Part shown: piece after piece, positions 25,400 through 34,445 of the stretch
How the letters are laid out: each line of letters starts with the position of its first letter
Position numbering within the stretch: position 1 is the first letter of the stretch
NCBI GenBank assembly: GCA_964626775.1
Contig: CAZVGQ010000001.1
Coordinates: forward strand, 1-40,117
Direction of reading: 5' to 3'
Source of the DNA: an uncultured Smithella sp.
GTDB lineage: Bacteria; Desulfobacterota; Syntrophia; Syntrophales; Smithellaceae
Length of the DNA stretch: 40,117 nt
Program-made: the position numbers and the translations under genes
The notes under the pieces: generated by a model
The model's input: the letters and a program-made list of their open reading frames with translations, nothing else
What the model was told of the DNA's origin: nothing
Databases searched by the model: none

Positions 25400-26718
25400 G
25401 CCCCAAGGAAGAAGTCTATACACGGCACGGCGGCAAGGGCGGCGACCGGGGGAAAATTCTCGCCGAAATGATGAACGCCGAAGGAAAACCGGAAGTGCTC
25501 GACGACATTCTGGTGCTGGATGTCAGCTCGGCCAATTTTGCCGGCATTATTGCCGCCAGCTTCTTTGCGGAGTTCGGCGCGGAGGTCGTCAAAATCGAGC
25601 CTCCGAAAGGCGACCCGGCCCGGCAGATCACGCCTTTCGGCGTGACGGTGCAGGGGGTGGGCATTCCCTTCATGTTCGAAGGACGCAATAAGCGGTACAT
25701 GACGCTCGACATTCGGAACAGGCCGGAAGACAGGAAAACGTTCGCGAAGCTGGCCAAACAGGCGGCGGTTGTGATTGAAAGCTTTGCGCCCGGTGAGATG
25801 GACGGCTGGGGGATCGGCTACCGCCAGTTGTCCGTGGAGAATCCCGGATTGATCTACATCGCGCTTTCCGCCTACGGACAGTACACGGATAAAGCCAGAG
25901 AGTCCGCGGGAGTTCCGGATACGGACGTTACGTCCCAGGCGGGTTCAGGGCTTCCCGCGCAGATGGGCGCGCCGCCCAATGAACCGGAGCCCTATACCTG
26001 GCCTCTCAGAGGCGGCATGTGGGCGGGCTGGTACATTTCCGGGCTTTCCGCGGCCGTGGGGGGAACGGTCGCCCTCATCCACCGGCAAAACACCGGCCAG
26101 GGACAGATGGTGGATGTCGCCGGAATGGACGCGTATTCCTCCATGGTCGGCATGCCCGCCACCATCGGCTTTACCTGGGAAAAAGCCAGACCGCGCATCG
26201 GCGTTCTGGACTTCATTCTCTATCCGTACGGCCACTGGAAATGCAAGGACGGCTATGTGGCGATCGCCGCGCCGCGGGACCATGATTTCCGCGCGCTCTT
26301 GAAGGTTCTGGGCCTGTGGGAGCAGGAAGACGACTGGCGCTATTCGTCGGACCGCATCCCCGATATTCTGGAGCAGGCCATTCATTTGCACAAGATCATT
26401 GAGGAAAAAACGCTGCTGTACACCGGCGACGAACTGGTGAAGATGGCGCTCAATTACAGCAAAAAATCCGCCCGCTCCAAGTGGCGGGGCGGCGGCGTGC
26501 CCATTGTCATGAAGCTGATGACGCCCGAAGCCGCGATGGAAAACAAGCAGTGGCACATCCGCAAGGCTTTTCAGGACGTGGAGGACAAAAAGCTGGGCAA
26601 GTACACGATCAGCTCCAATTTTGTAAAAATGTCCGAATCGCCTCCCCGCGTGAAATGGGTGGGAAGCGAAATCGGCGGGGATAATGAATATATCCGGAAA
26701 AAATATTTAAACGATTAG
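25396..26718 (+). CDS. family III CoA-transferase paralog, putative non-catalytic partner subunit
   Basis: LDDILVLDVSSANFAGIIAASFFAEFGAEVVKIEPPKGDP. In the aligned segment GWYISGLSAAVGGTVALIHRQNTGQGQ a Trp stands where the paralog has Asp. An ATGA start/stop overlap couples it to the upstream gene. Confidence 0.8.
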   Translation: MSPKEEVYTRHGGKGGDRGKILAEMMNAEGKPEVLDDILVLDVSSANFAGIIAASFFAEFGAEVVKIEPPKGDPARQITPFGVTVQGVGIPFMFEGRNKRYMTLDIRNRPEDRKTFAKLAKQAAVVIESFAPGEMDGWGIGYRQLSVENPGLIYIALSAYGQYTDKARESAGVPDTDVTSQAGSGLPAQMGAPPNEPEPYTWPLRGGMWAGWYISGLSAAVGGTVALIHRQNTGQGQMVDVAGMDAYSSMVGMPATIGFTWEKARPRIGVLDFILYPYGHWKCKDGYVAIAAPRDHDFRALLKVLGLWEQEDDWRYSSDRIPDILEQAIHLHKIIEEKTLLYTGDELVKMALNYSKKSARSKWRGGGVPIVMKLMTPEAAMENKQWHIRKAFQDVEDKKLGKYTISSNFVKMSESPPRVKWVGSEIGGDNEYIRKKYLND

Positions 26719-26787
26719 AAGGATCAAATATTCGGCAGAAATTTGATCGTATTTTTAAGGGGAATTTTGATAAACAGGAGGGGAAAC

Positions 26788-28149
26788 ATGATGAAGAGAG
26801 CAAGCAGAGTCAAGATGGTCGTTGTGACGGCGCTGGTACTGCTGGTTGCGATTGCTATCAGCGTACCATCCGTTGCAGTGGCGCAGCCGAAGGGAGAGCC
26901 GTTTGTGATCGGCTACATCGGCATGGTCGGATCGCCGGGCACCCGCCCGTGCATGGATATCCAGAAAATGGCGGTGGAGGAAATCAACGCCACCGGCGGC
27001 ATTCTGGGCCGGCCGGTCAAGTACGTGGTCATGGACAACAAGGGTGACACGTCTCTGTCCGTTGAGGCGTTTCGCAAACTGGTCATTGAGGACAAGGCGA
27101 AATTCATCTCCGTCGAAGGCCGGACGGAAATCTGCCTGGCCGTTCAGGAAGCCTCCGGAATGCTGTTTAAGGAATACCCCCACATTCTGGTTTTCAACGG
27201 GCCGATGGGCGCGGAACTGACGGCGCGCATCATCGATGAGGCGCCGAAATACAATCACTGCTTCCGTGACTGGGATCCGGAGCCGGCGCATTATGCCCAG
27301 ACGAAGTATTTCTTCTGCAAGACCATGCCCCAGTACCAGAAAACCAAAAAAATTGCTTTCCTCTGGGAGGATCTTGCTTGGACCACGGAATGGCGCAAAG
27401 GCATCAGCTACATCGATCTGCCCACCTGGGAAAAAATGGCCAAAGACTGCGGTCTGGAAGTGGTGTACAGCAAGGCGGTCAAACCCCGCGGCACCATGTA
27501 CCTGCCGATTCTGCAGGATATCAAAAAATCCAACGCCGATTTGATTTTCTACATCAGCTCGTGGTTTACGGACACGGAATCTTTTGCCAAACAGTGGTCG
27601 GATTCCGCGGCCAGGGACATTCAGGTCAACCTCTACGGCGGCGTTGCTCAGACCTACGATTACTGGCGGATGACGGGAGGCAAGGCCCTGGGGATCATCA
27701 GTTCCTTCACGGATCTGGATGATATTCCTCTGACGCCTAAAACCGTTCCGCTGGTCAAAAAAGCCCATGCACGGAAAATCCCCATGCAGATCCATGTCCA
27801 TATCGCTTATGCTGATATTTATCATTTCAAGGCGGCCATCGAAAGAGCGAAAGGAACCGGCAACATCAATGCGCTCATCAAGGCCATGGAGGATGTGGAA
27901 ACGGTCTATTCGCTGGGCAAGATGAAATATGAAACACGCAAAATCAAACCTTTCTACCATTCCCGCATGAGGGTTGACGCGGCTAATCCTTGGAAGACCT
28001 ATCCCGGATATTACCTGCAGCTGATTGTTCAGTTCCAGAAGGACGGCAAGGTTGCCTTCCTGCACGAGTCCTGCGAGGAAAACGAAAAACTGGTATCCAA
28101 ATGGGTGGATCCCAAACGCTATAAGACCCCGGCCGAGTTGAGGAAGTAA
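26788..28149 (+). CDS. ABC transporter substrate-binding protein (type 1 periplasmic-binding fold)
   Basis: A signal peptide (MMKRASRVKMVVVTALVLLVAIAISVPSVAVA) and EEINATGGILGRPVK. ATG 26788 follows AGGAGGGG. Confidence 0.85.
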   Translation: MMKRASRVKMVVVTALVLLVAIAISVPSVAVAQPKGEPFVIGYIGMVGSPGTRPCMDIQKMAVEEINATGGILGRPVKYVVMDNKGDTSLSVEAFRKLVIEDKAKFISVEGRTEICLAVQEASGMLFKEYPHILVFNGPMGAELTARIIDEAPKYNHCFRDWDPEPAHYAQTKYFFCKTMPQYQKTKKIAFLWEDLAWTTEWRKGISYIDLPTWEKMAKDCGLEVVYSKAVKPRGTMYLPILQDIKKSNADLIFYISSWFTDTESFAKQWSDSAARDIQVNLYGGVAQTYDYWRMTGGKALGIISSFTDLDDIPLTPKTVPLVKKAHARKIPMQIHVHIAYADIYHFKAAIERAKGTGNINALIKAMEDVETVYSLGKMKYETRKIKPFYHSRMRVDAANPWKTYPGYYLQLIVQFQKDGKVAFLHESCEENEKLVSKWVDPKRYKTPAELRK

Positions 28150-28154
28150 TTGAT

Positions 28155-28184
28155 TGCAGGGAACAGTAGCGACTGTTCCCTGCA
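28155..28184. other. perfect 12-bp hairpin immediately after the substrate-binding-protein stop
   Basis: TGCAGGGAACAG (28155-28166) pairs with CTGTTCCCTGCA (28173-28184) across a 6-nt loop. No U-tract follows it. Confidence 0.4.
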
Positions 28185-28193
28185 GACTAAAAG

Positions 28194-28229
28194 AAAAGGG
28201 GCGGCATTCTTGTGAAGGCCGCCCCTTTT
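28194..28229. terminator. bidirectional Rho-independent terminator between convergent genes
   Basis: AAAAGGGGCGGC ... GCCGCCCCTTTT. The 8-bp GC stem is flanked by A4 on one side and T4 on the other. It lies between the SBP gene (+) and the enoyl-CoA hydratase gene (-). Confidence 0.6.
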
Positions 28230-28315
28230 CCTCATTGCGCTCCGTGCTTTCTTTCCCGGGCGCACCACGCTCTTGAAATGCCGCTTGACACCCCCGCGAT
28301 TTTGCTTCTTTCCCG

Positions 28316-29098
28316 TTATCGGCCTTTGAATTGCGCCGGTCTTTTTTCCAGAAACGCTTTGGAGCCTTCTTTGAAATCTTCGGTGACCAGCAAGGTCTGG
28401 AAGGCGGCTTTCTCAACCTTGGTGATGCCGTCGTAAAGGGTGCCCTCCAATCCCAGACGGACGGCTTTCATAATCTCGCGCTGCGCCACGGGAGCGCCAC
28501 CCGCCAGCTTTTTGGCCAGCTTTTTGGCGGCTTCCAGCACTTCGGCGCCGGGGACGACCTTGTTGAGCAAACCGAGCGCGAGCGCTTCTTTGGCAGGCAT
28601 AAAGTCACCGGTGAGCATGAGTTCCAGCGCCTTGGTTTTGCCGATATAGCGGGGCAGACGCTGGGTTCCGCCCCAGCCGGGGTTGAGGCCCAGTTTGACT
28701 TCGGGAAGACCCACGACTGCTTCTTCCGCCATAATTCTCAAATGGCAGGAGCAGGCCAGTTCCAGTCCCCCGCCTAGGGCCAGGCCCTGAATGGCCGCGA
28801 TGATGATCTTGGGATAATTTTCAATTTTGAAATACACGTCGTTGCCGTCGTACTGGGGCACTTTACCCGACTGGAGGTCGGCAAACTCGGTAATGTCCGC
28901 GCCCGCCGAAAAGCATTTCGGGCCGGTGCCGGTAATGATGATCACTCGCACGGAGTCGTCCTTTTCGCATCGGTTGAGCAGTTCGGTTAAATCCCGCAGA
29001 ACCCCCTGCGCCATTGCGTTGGCCGGCGGATGATTGATGGCCGCCACCACGACAGCGCCGTCTTGTTCCACAACCAGTTTTTCATACTCAAAAGCCAT
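28316..29098 (-). CDS. enoyl-CoA hydratase/isomerase (crotonase family)
   Basis: [14 protein letters not shown]..., [19 protein letters not shown] and [17 protein letters not shown], which are crotonase-fold hallmarks. AAGGAGG lies upstream of the ATG. Confidence 0.9.
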   Translation of the reverse strand: MAFEYEKLVVEQDGAVVVAAINHPPANAMAQGVLRDLTELLNRCEKDDSVRVIIITGTGPKCFSAGADITEFADLQSGKVPQYDGNDVYFKIENYPKIIIAAIQGLALGGGLELACSCHLRIMAEEAVVGLPEVKLGLNPGWGGTQRLPRYIGKTKALELMLTGDFMPAKEALALGLLNKVVPGAEVLEAAKKLAKKLAGGAPVAQREIMKAVRLGLEGTLYDGITKVEKAAFQTLLVTEDFKEGSKAFLEKRPAQFKGR

Positions 29099-29265
29099 GT
29101 TCCTATCCTCCTTGGGTATTGATTTTAAAGATTTTCAGGGAACCTGTTCAAAAACACCGCAGGCACTATAGAAAGAACGCAAAAGCGTGTCAAGAGGAAA
29201 CAGCAAACCGCCGCCGCGCGGGGCGCCGCATGCCAAAATTTTCATTTCCGGCATGCAGAATTTTC

Positions 29266-29293
29266 TTGAAACCCCGGAAATAAGGTGTAGAAT
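29266..29293 (+). promoter_or_regulatory. candidate sigma70 promoter for cstA (TTGAAA-N16-TAGAAT, with TG directly adjoining the -10 hexamer)
   Basis: TTGAAA at 29266-29271 and TAGAAT at 29288-29293, with TG at 29286-29287 immediately preceding the -10 hexamer. It lies ~88 nt upstream of ATG 29381. Confidence 0.45.
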
Positions 29294-29380
29294 TCGCGCG
29301 TCCTGCGGGCACGCGGGGTAACCTTCATCAGCAATAAATGGCGGCGACCATCAATTCCGTGCGGTATGGAGGAGAAGGTT

Positions 29381-31138
29381 ATGAATGTTGCTGTTCTGTT
29401 GATCATAGCGGCGGTTTTGTTCTTTCTGGCGTATCGCTTTTATGCCCGTTTTATCGCGAAGCTTTTCGACGAAAACGACAACCGGCCCACACCGGCCTGT
29501 TCCATGAAAGATGATCGCGATTACGTTCCGTCCAAACCCGTTGTCCTCTTCGGCCATCATTTTGCCAGCATCGCCGGAGGCGGACCGATTATTGGACCCA
29601 CCGTCGCCATGATTTTCGGTTTTATGCCCGTCTGGCTGTGGGCCGTTATCGGCACAATTTTTATCGGCGCCGTCCAGGACATGACTGTGTTGTTTGCCAG
29701 TGTCCGGGAAAAAGGCAAATCCGTGGCCGAAATCGCCAAAGAGTCGCTGGGGAACACGGGATTCTTTTTGTTCATCAGTTTTGCCATCCTGATGCTGATC
29801 CTACTGACCTCGGCGTTTCTGGGATTGACGGCTGTGTCTTTGACTTCTTTGGTTCCCGTGGAAATGATGCGGCTGGATCCCAACCATGCGTTGGTGAAAA
29901 CTCATCTGGACAAAGGCGTGGTTGTGGCGCACATCGGCGGCATTTCCTCCACATCGCTGATCGTTATCACCGGTTTTGCGCCGATTCTCGGATGGCTGGT
30001 CTATAAAAGAGGCCTGAACATCATCGTGGCCACCATTTTGGCGATCATCGTTTGTATCGGCTCCATCATCCTTGGTATGCGGCATCCGGTAATGCTGGAC
30101 CCTGATATCTGGATGATCATTCTGTGTTTCTATACGCTGCTGGCGGCCGGAATTCCCGTCTGGATCATTCTGCAGCCCCGAGATTTCACCAATTCGTTTT
30201 TGCTTTATATGGGCGTCATCGCCCTGTTTGCCGGCGGCATCGCCGCCGGCTTCCAAGGCGTGACCTTTGAGGCTCCTGCCTTCAATCTGGCGCAGGGGGC
30301 AAGCAAGCTGGGTCCCGTCTGGCCTTTCCTTTTTATTACAGTGGCTTGCGGCGCCATATCCGGTTTTCACGCCCTCGTGGCCGGCGGCACATCCAGCAAG
30401 CAGGTTTCCAAAGAATCGCATGTTAAATTAATCGGTTTTGGCGGAATGCTGCTGGAGGGTTTACTGGCCATCGGCGTTATGATTGCAATCGGCTGTGGAA
30501 TCATGTTCAGCGATTATCTGAATATCGCTTTTCCCACGGCGGCAGGCATAAAAGCCAACCCCATTTTGGCTTTTGCCATGGGCGTGGGCGGTTTGCTGGA
30601 GAAAGCCCTTGGCATCCCGCCGGTTTATGGAACAGTTTTCGGGATTTTGATGGTGGAAGGTTTTATTATTACAACGCTGGACACGGCCATCCGCCTGGAG
30701 CGTTATTTACTGGAAGAACTCTGGCAGGTGGTTTTTAAAAAAGTTCCAAAAATCATGAAATCCTATTTTTTCAATGCTTTTGTCTGCGTGGCATTAATGT
30801 ACATTCTGGCCTACTCGAACGCTTTTGCGGCCATCTGGCCGATCTTCGGCTCCGCCAATCAACTGCTCGCGTCGCTCGCGCTGATTGCCGTATCCGCCTG
30901 GCTGGCCGGCAGAAAGAAAACTGCCTGGTTTACCTTGCTGCCCGCTGTCTTCATGATGATCACCACCCTGTACTCGCTGGTGTCGCTGCTGGTCAATAAA
31001 TACCTTCCCAAGCACAACCTCGCGCTGGCCGTGACGGACGTCGCGCTGATCATCCTTTGCATCGGCGTTATTGTGCTGGCGCTCAAAAGATGGCGGGAAT
31101 TAAGAAACGGGCCTTCGACGGCAGGAGAAGCGGCGTAA
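29381..31138 (+). CDS. cstA: carbon starvation protein A (peptide/pyruvate transporter family)
   Basis: The CstA N-terminal signature ...YRFYARFIAK...LFGHHFASIAGGGPIIGP... and a polytopic protein of ~585 aa. ATG 29381 follows GGAGGAGAAGG; the ATG at 29366 has no ribosome-binding site. Confidence 0.9.
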   Translation: MNVAVLLIIAAVLFFLAYRFYARFIAKLFDENDNRPTPACSMKDDRDYVPSKPVVLFGHHFASIAGGGPIIGPTVAMIFGFMPVWLWAVIGTIFIGAVQDMTVLFASVREKGKSVAEIAKESLGNTGFFLFISFAILMLILLTSAFLGLTAVSLTSLVPVEMMRLDPNHALVKTHLDKGVVVAHIGGISSTSLIVITGFAPILGWLVYKRGLNIIVATILAIIVCIGSIILGMRHPVMLDPDIWMIILCFYTLLAAGIPVWIILQPRDFTNSFLLYMGVIALFAGGIAAGFQGVTFEAPAFNLAQGASKLGPVWPFLFITVACGAISGFHALVAGGTSSKQVSKESHVKLIGFGGMLLEGLLAIGVMIAIGCGIMFSDYLNIAFPTAAGIKANPILAFAMGVGGLLEKALGIPPVYGTVFGILMVEGFIITTLDTAIRLERYLLEELWQVVFKKVPKIMKSYFFNAFVCVALMYILAYSNAFAAIWPIFGSANQLLASLALIAVSAWLAGRKKTAWFTLLPAVFMMITTLYSLVSLLVNKYLPKHNLALAVTDVALIILCIGVIVLALKRWRELRNGPSTAGEAA

Positions 31139-31193
31139 CGAAAATGAAGATCGGGATGATTTTGAAATCTACGCTGATCTTCCGAAGGACAGG

Positions 31194-31778
31194 CTATTTG
31201 CCCGCGGACGGCCCGGGTTTTTTGTCCGGGGTCTTGAGCAGGGGAAAGACCCCCTTGCGGACGGAACGAACATCTTCAATGGTATAAAACGCCAGCGGGT
31301 TGCAGACACGAACGATCTCCAGCACGGAATCGATGGATTTCCTTTTGACGATGGTAAAAATAATCTTTACCTGTCCCATGGCCCCCTGGGCGTCCACGTG
31401 CGTAACGCCGTAACGGTTCTCTTTAAGACAGTCGATGAGCGACTGCGCGTCTTTCTGCGTGATGATCCGGATCACCACGGTGCCGATGGCCATTTTTTCT
31501 TCAATGAGGATGCCGATAAAGTTGCCCATCGCAAAGCCGCCCGCATAGGCCACATAGCAGACCGGATTGGACAGGTTTTTGAAGATCTGCGTGATCGCGA
31601 CCAGCCAGATCAACACTTCGACGAAGCCGATCACCGGCGCCAGAAATTTCATTCCCCGCCCGACATAGATGATGCGCAGCGTGTCGAGCGTGACATCGCA
31701 AATCCGCGCGAGAAAAATCAAGGCGGGCAGCAGAACAAATTTAAAAATTTCCGAATGATAAAAAGCGGCAATGTCCAC
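31194..31778 (-). CDS. UPF0316 / DUF2179 family membrane protein
   Basis: Three N-terminal transmembrane segments (the DVTLDTLRII motif region) plus a C-terminal DUF2179-like soluble domain (GVTHVDAQGAMGQVKIIFTIVKRK). The GTG start follows GAAGGAG. Confidence 0.7.
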   Translation of the reverse strand: MDIAAFYHSEIFKFVLLPALIFLARICDVTLDTLRIIYVGRGMKFLAPVIGFVEVLIWLVAITQIFKNLSNPVCYVAYAGGFAMGNFIGILIEEKMAIGTVVIRIITQKDAQSLIDCLKENRYGVTHVDAQGAMGQVKIIFTIVKRKSIDSVLEIVRVCNPLAFYTIEDVRSVRKGVFPLLKTPDKKPGPSAGK

Positions 31779-31878
31779 TGAAGCTTTCTACTCCTTCAAA
31801 AGGTTGCCGACACTATAGGCGATGCATCCTTGCATGTCAATCCGCTTTCATGTTTTTCGCGACATGAGTCATTTCAGG

Positions 31879-31906
31879 TTGAAATAAATCGAATCTTGCG
31901 TAAACT
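31879..31906 (+). promoter_or_regulatory. candidate sigma70 promoter for the M23 peptidase gene (TTGAAA-N16-TAAACT)
   Basis: TTGAAA at 31879-31884 and TAAACT at 31901-31906, about 30 nt upstream of ATG 31936. Confidence 0.3.
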
Positions 31907-31935
31907 GATCCGGACAACGCTTTAAGGAGATTCCC

Positions 31936-33006
31936 ATGGCCCGACACGTTGCTTCGCCGTTTCCGCCGGTTCATCCTTCCTCCGGCATCTCTTTTTCCGT
32001 TTCCCCGCGGCCTGCGGGGTGGAAGATTTCAAAGCCTGTGCCGGCAAAAAAATCGGCCGTACGGAAAAGACGGGCGATTCGGCCATCCGCCGCGGGTTGC
32101 GCGTCCGCACGTCCGAAGAACAGGAAGGCGGCCTTTATAAAGCGGGTATCCGCCGTGCTTTTGATGGCGCTGAGCCTGGCCGCGCTGCCTTTCGAATCCC
32201 GGTCGTCCGGTCCGGACATATCTTTTTCATCGGACGCGTTGGTCCGCGGCGGCCTGATCCTGTTGAGGATTCAGGGCTGCGAGTCCGACGATGTTCAGGT
32301 TGTCTGGATGGAAAAGGAAATCCCGCTTGCCCGCGACCGGGACGGAACCTTGCGGCATGGATTTCTGGCCGCCGATCTGAACCGGAAGCCCGGGGTTTAT
32401 CCGGTGGCCGTGCGCGTTCCTTCTCTGGAGTTTGAACGATATTATGATGTCCGGGTCAACGACCGGGATTACGGCGTGCGAAAAATCAAGCTGCCCCGCG
32501 CCAAAGTCGATCTGGACAAAGCCTCCCTGAAAAGAGTGAAGAGAGAAGCGCAGACCGTCAACGCCTTGTGGAACGCCGGTTGCCGGCCTCCGGAATGGGA
32601 AGGTTCTTTCCAAATGCCGGTGGACAACAAAATTGTCGGTCCCTTCGGACAGAGAAGCATCATCAACCGTCAGGAGCGATCTCCGCACACGGGCGTGGAC
32701 ATTCGGGGTAAAACGGGCAGTCCGGTTCGGGCAACCAATGCCGGTACGGTCGTTCTGGCCGCCGATCACTTCTTTACGGGCAAATCCGTTTTTGTGGATC
32801 ACGGAAGCTGCATTTTCAGCATGTATTTCCATCTGGATCAGATCCGGGTTGAAGAGGGGGAGCAAATCGAAAAGGGACGGATCCTCGGAAGCGTCGGCGC
32901 CACCGGGCGCGCGACCGGCCCTCATCTGCACTGGGGCGTGCGGGTCAACGGGGCCAGGGTCGATCCTTTAACGCTGATCGAATTGGGCCGGGAGTTGGAG
33001 CCATAA
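31936..33006 (+). CDS. M23 family metallopeptidase (LytM domain)
   Basis: C-terminal motifs HTGVDIRG...HLHWGVRVNGARVDP (HxxxD and HxH). A hydrophobic anchor, VSAVLLMALSLAALP, follows a basic, Pro-rich ~65-aa N-terminus. AAGGAG lies upstream of the ATG. Confidence 0.85.
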   Translation: MARHVASPFPPVHPSSGISFSVSPRPAGWKISKPVPAKKSAVRKRRAIRPSAAGCASARPKNRKAAFIKRVSAVLLMALSLAALPFESRSSGPDISFSSDALVRGGLILLRIQGCESDDVQVVWMEKEIPLARDRDGTLRHGFLAADLNRKPGVYPVAVRVPSLEFERYYDVRVNDRDYGVRKIKLPRAKVDLDKASLKRVKREAQTVNALWNAGCRPPEWEGSFQMPVDNKIVGPFGQRSIINRQERSPHTGVDIRGKTGSPVRATNAGTVVLAADHFFTGKSVFVDHGSCIFSMYFHLDQIRVEEGEQIEKGRILGSVGATGRATGPHLHWGVRVNGARVDPLTLIELGRELEP

Positions 33007-33112
33007 CCGGAAGACTCCGGGGTAAAAGCGCCCCCGGCGCGCCCGCGTGCCGCTCTTCAGAACGCTCCGGCCCCGGCCGTCAAAAGAAAACGCCCCAAAA
33101 GGCCCCAAAAGG

Positions 33113-33140
33113 TTGACATCTTTGGCTGATGGTATATAAT
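33113..33140 (+). promoter_or_regulatory. consensus sigma70 promoter (TTGACA-N16-TATAAT) for the universal stress protein gene
   Basis: TTGACA at 33113-33118 and TATAAT at 33135-33140, about 24 nt upstream of ATG 33164. Confidence 0.6.
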
Positions 33141-33163
33141 TCCAACCGGTTTGGAAGGTGCAT

Positions 33164-33574
33164 ATGCCCGATTTTCGAAATATTCTTTATGGAATGGATC
33201 TGGATGCGGAGACTTTTTCTTCCGTGGTGCACGCGCTGGAATTCGCCCAGCTTTTCGGAAGCCGGATCCATATCCTCTATGTCAATGATCCGCAGGCCGG
33301 TTACCGCCATCCGGCGGATCGTGAAGATGCCGTGGCTTTGAAGGTCAAGGAAGCCGCGCCCGCGTCCTTGTTGGAAAATCTGGATGTCATTTACGCCGTT
33401 TCCAAGGGGGACATCGCCAGAGAAATCGTCCAATATGCCCAGGAAAATCAGATTGATCTGATCATTGTCGGGCATAAACACCGCGGCAAACTGTATGCGT
33501 CGATGTTTGACAGCACGGATGTGCATGTCATCGATGAAGCCCGGCTGCCCATTTTAGTCTTTCCGGAAGCGTAG
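33164..33574 (+). CDS. universal stress protein (UspA family)
   Basis: ILYGMDLD..., IHILYV and the C-terminal DLIIVGHKHRGKLYASMFDSTDVHVIDEARLPILVF, typical of the Usp fold. ATG 33164 follows GGAAGG. Confidence 0.8.
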   Translation: MPDFRNILYGMDLDAETFSSVVHALEFAQLFGSRIHILYVNDPQAGYRHPADREDAVALKVKEAAPASLLENLDVIYAVSKGDIAREIVQYAQENQIDLIIVGHKHRGKLYASMFDSTDVHVIDEARLPILVFPEA

Positions 33575-33653
33575 ATTCTTTTTCAGGGAAGATTCTTCAG
33601 GAGCGTCGGCAGTCGGACCGCGTGCGATTACGCGCGCAGAGAGGATTTTACCC

Positions 33654-34445
33654 ATGAAAATCAAAAAAGACGCAAAGCAAAAAAGAACCAGGATCGGCCT
33701 TTTCGGTTTCGGTAAAACCGGCCGTCTGGTGGCGGAAGAGTTTTTTCAGGACGGTTTATTCGATCTCGAGTGGGTGGTCCGGAAAACGCACAAGGAAAAT
33801 CACAAATATGCGTCCCGTCTGCTGGGGTATGAAGTGGATGACGCGAGGGTTTTTTCGGTGGATGAAGCGAACCCTGATTTTTACCGGCTGCACCCGGTGG
33901 ACATCATCGTTGATTTTTCAAGCGCCGCCGCTCACCGGCAGTACGCGCCCGCCGCCGATTTTGGAATCCGGATCATTTCCGCCATCTCGAAGTACAGAAC
34001 GGAAGACGTGGAGGATTTGAGGCGGATGGCTGAAAAAACGGCGGTGCTGTATTCGCCGAACATCACTCTGGGTATCAATTTTCTGCTCGTGGCTTCGCAG
34101 ATCCTTCAGGGAATCGCTCCACACGCGGATATTGAAATCGTGGAAGAGCACTTTCGCGGCAAGAAAGAGGAATCCGGCACCGCTTTGAAAATCGCGGAGG
34201 TTCTGGGCCTGGAAAAGGAAAAGCGCGTCAACTCCATTCGCGTGGGAGGAATCGTGGGCAAGCACGAAATCATTTTCGGTCTGCCCAACCAGACCATCCG
34301 TCTGGTGCATGAGAGCATCAGCCGGGCGGCGTTTGGACAGGGCGCCATTTTTGCCGCCAAATGGCTGATCCAGGCTCCACCGGGACTCTATTCCATGGAA
34401 AATATCATCGTGGATATGTTTAAGAAAAACATTCCCGTTTACTAG
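33654..34445 (+). CDS. 4-hydroxy-tetrahydrodipicolinate reductase (DapB) family protein
   Basis: An N-terminal Rossmann motif (IGLFGFGKTGR). DIEIVEEHFRGKKEESGTA aligns with E. coli DapB [20 protein letters not shown] (from memory), and the His and Lys are retained. Confidence 0.7.
   Translation: MKIKKDAKQKRTRIGLFGFGKTGRLVAEEFFQDGLFDLEWVVRKTHKENHKYASRLLGYEVDDARVFSVDEANPDFYRLHPVDIIVDFSSAAAHRQYAPAADFGIRIISAISKYRTEDVEDLRRMAEKTAVLYSPNITLGINFLLVASQILQGIAPHADIEIVEEHFRGKKEESGTALKIAEVLGLEKEKRVNSIRVGGIVGKHEIIFGLPNQTIRLVHESISRAAFGQGAIFAAKWLIQAPPGLYSMENIIVDMFKKNIPVY

Noticed and set aside
23957-25423. A 488-aa ORF on the minus strand, antisense to the first family III CoA-transferase gene.
   Set aside because: It is a shadow ORF with Arg/Pro/Gly-rich, motif-free translation. 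The sense-strand gene has strong family signatures and translational coupling to its neighbours.
26755-28416. A 553-aa ORF on the minus strand, antisense to the substrate-binding-protein gene.
   Set aside because: Its translation is Arg/Gly/His/Pro-rich low-complexity sequence with no recognisable motif. It lies fully opposite a gene with a clear signal peptide and family motifs. This is the typical shadow ORF of GC-rich coding DNA.
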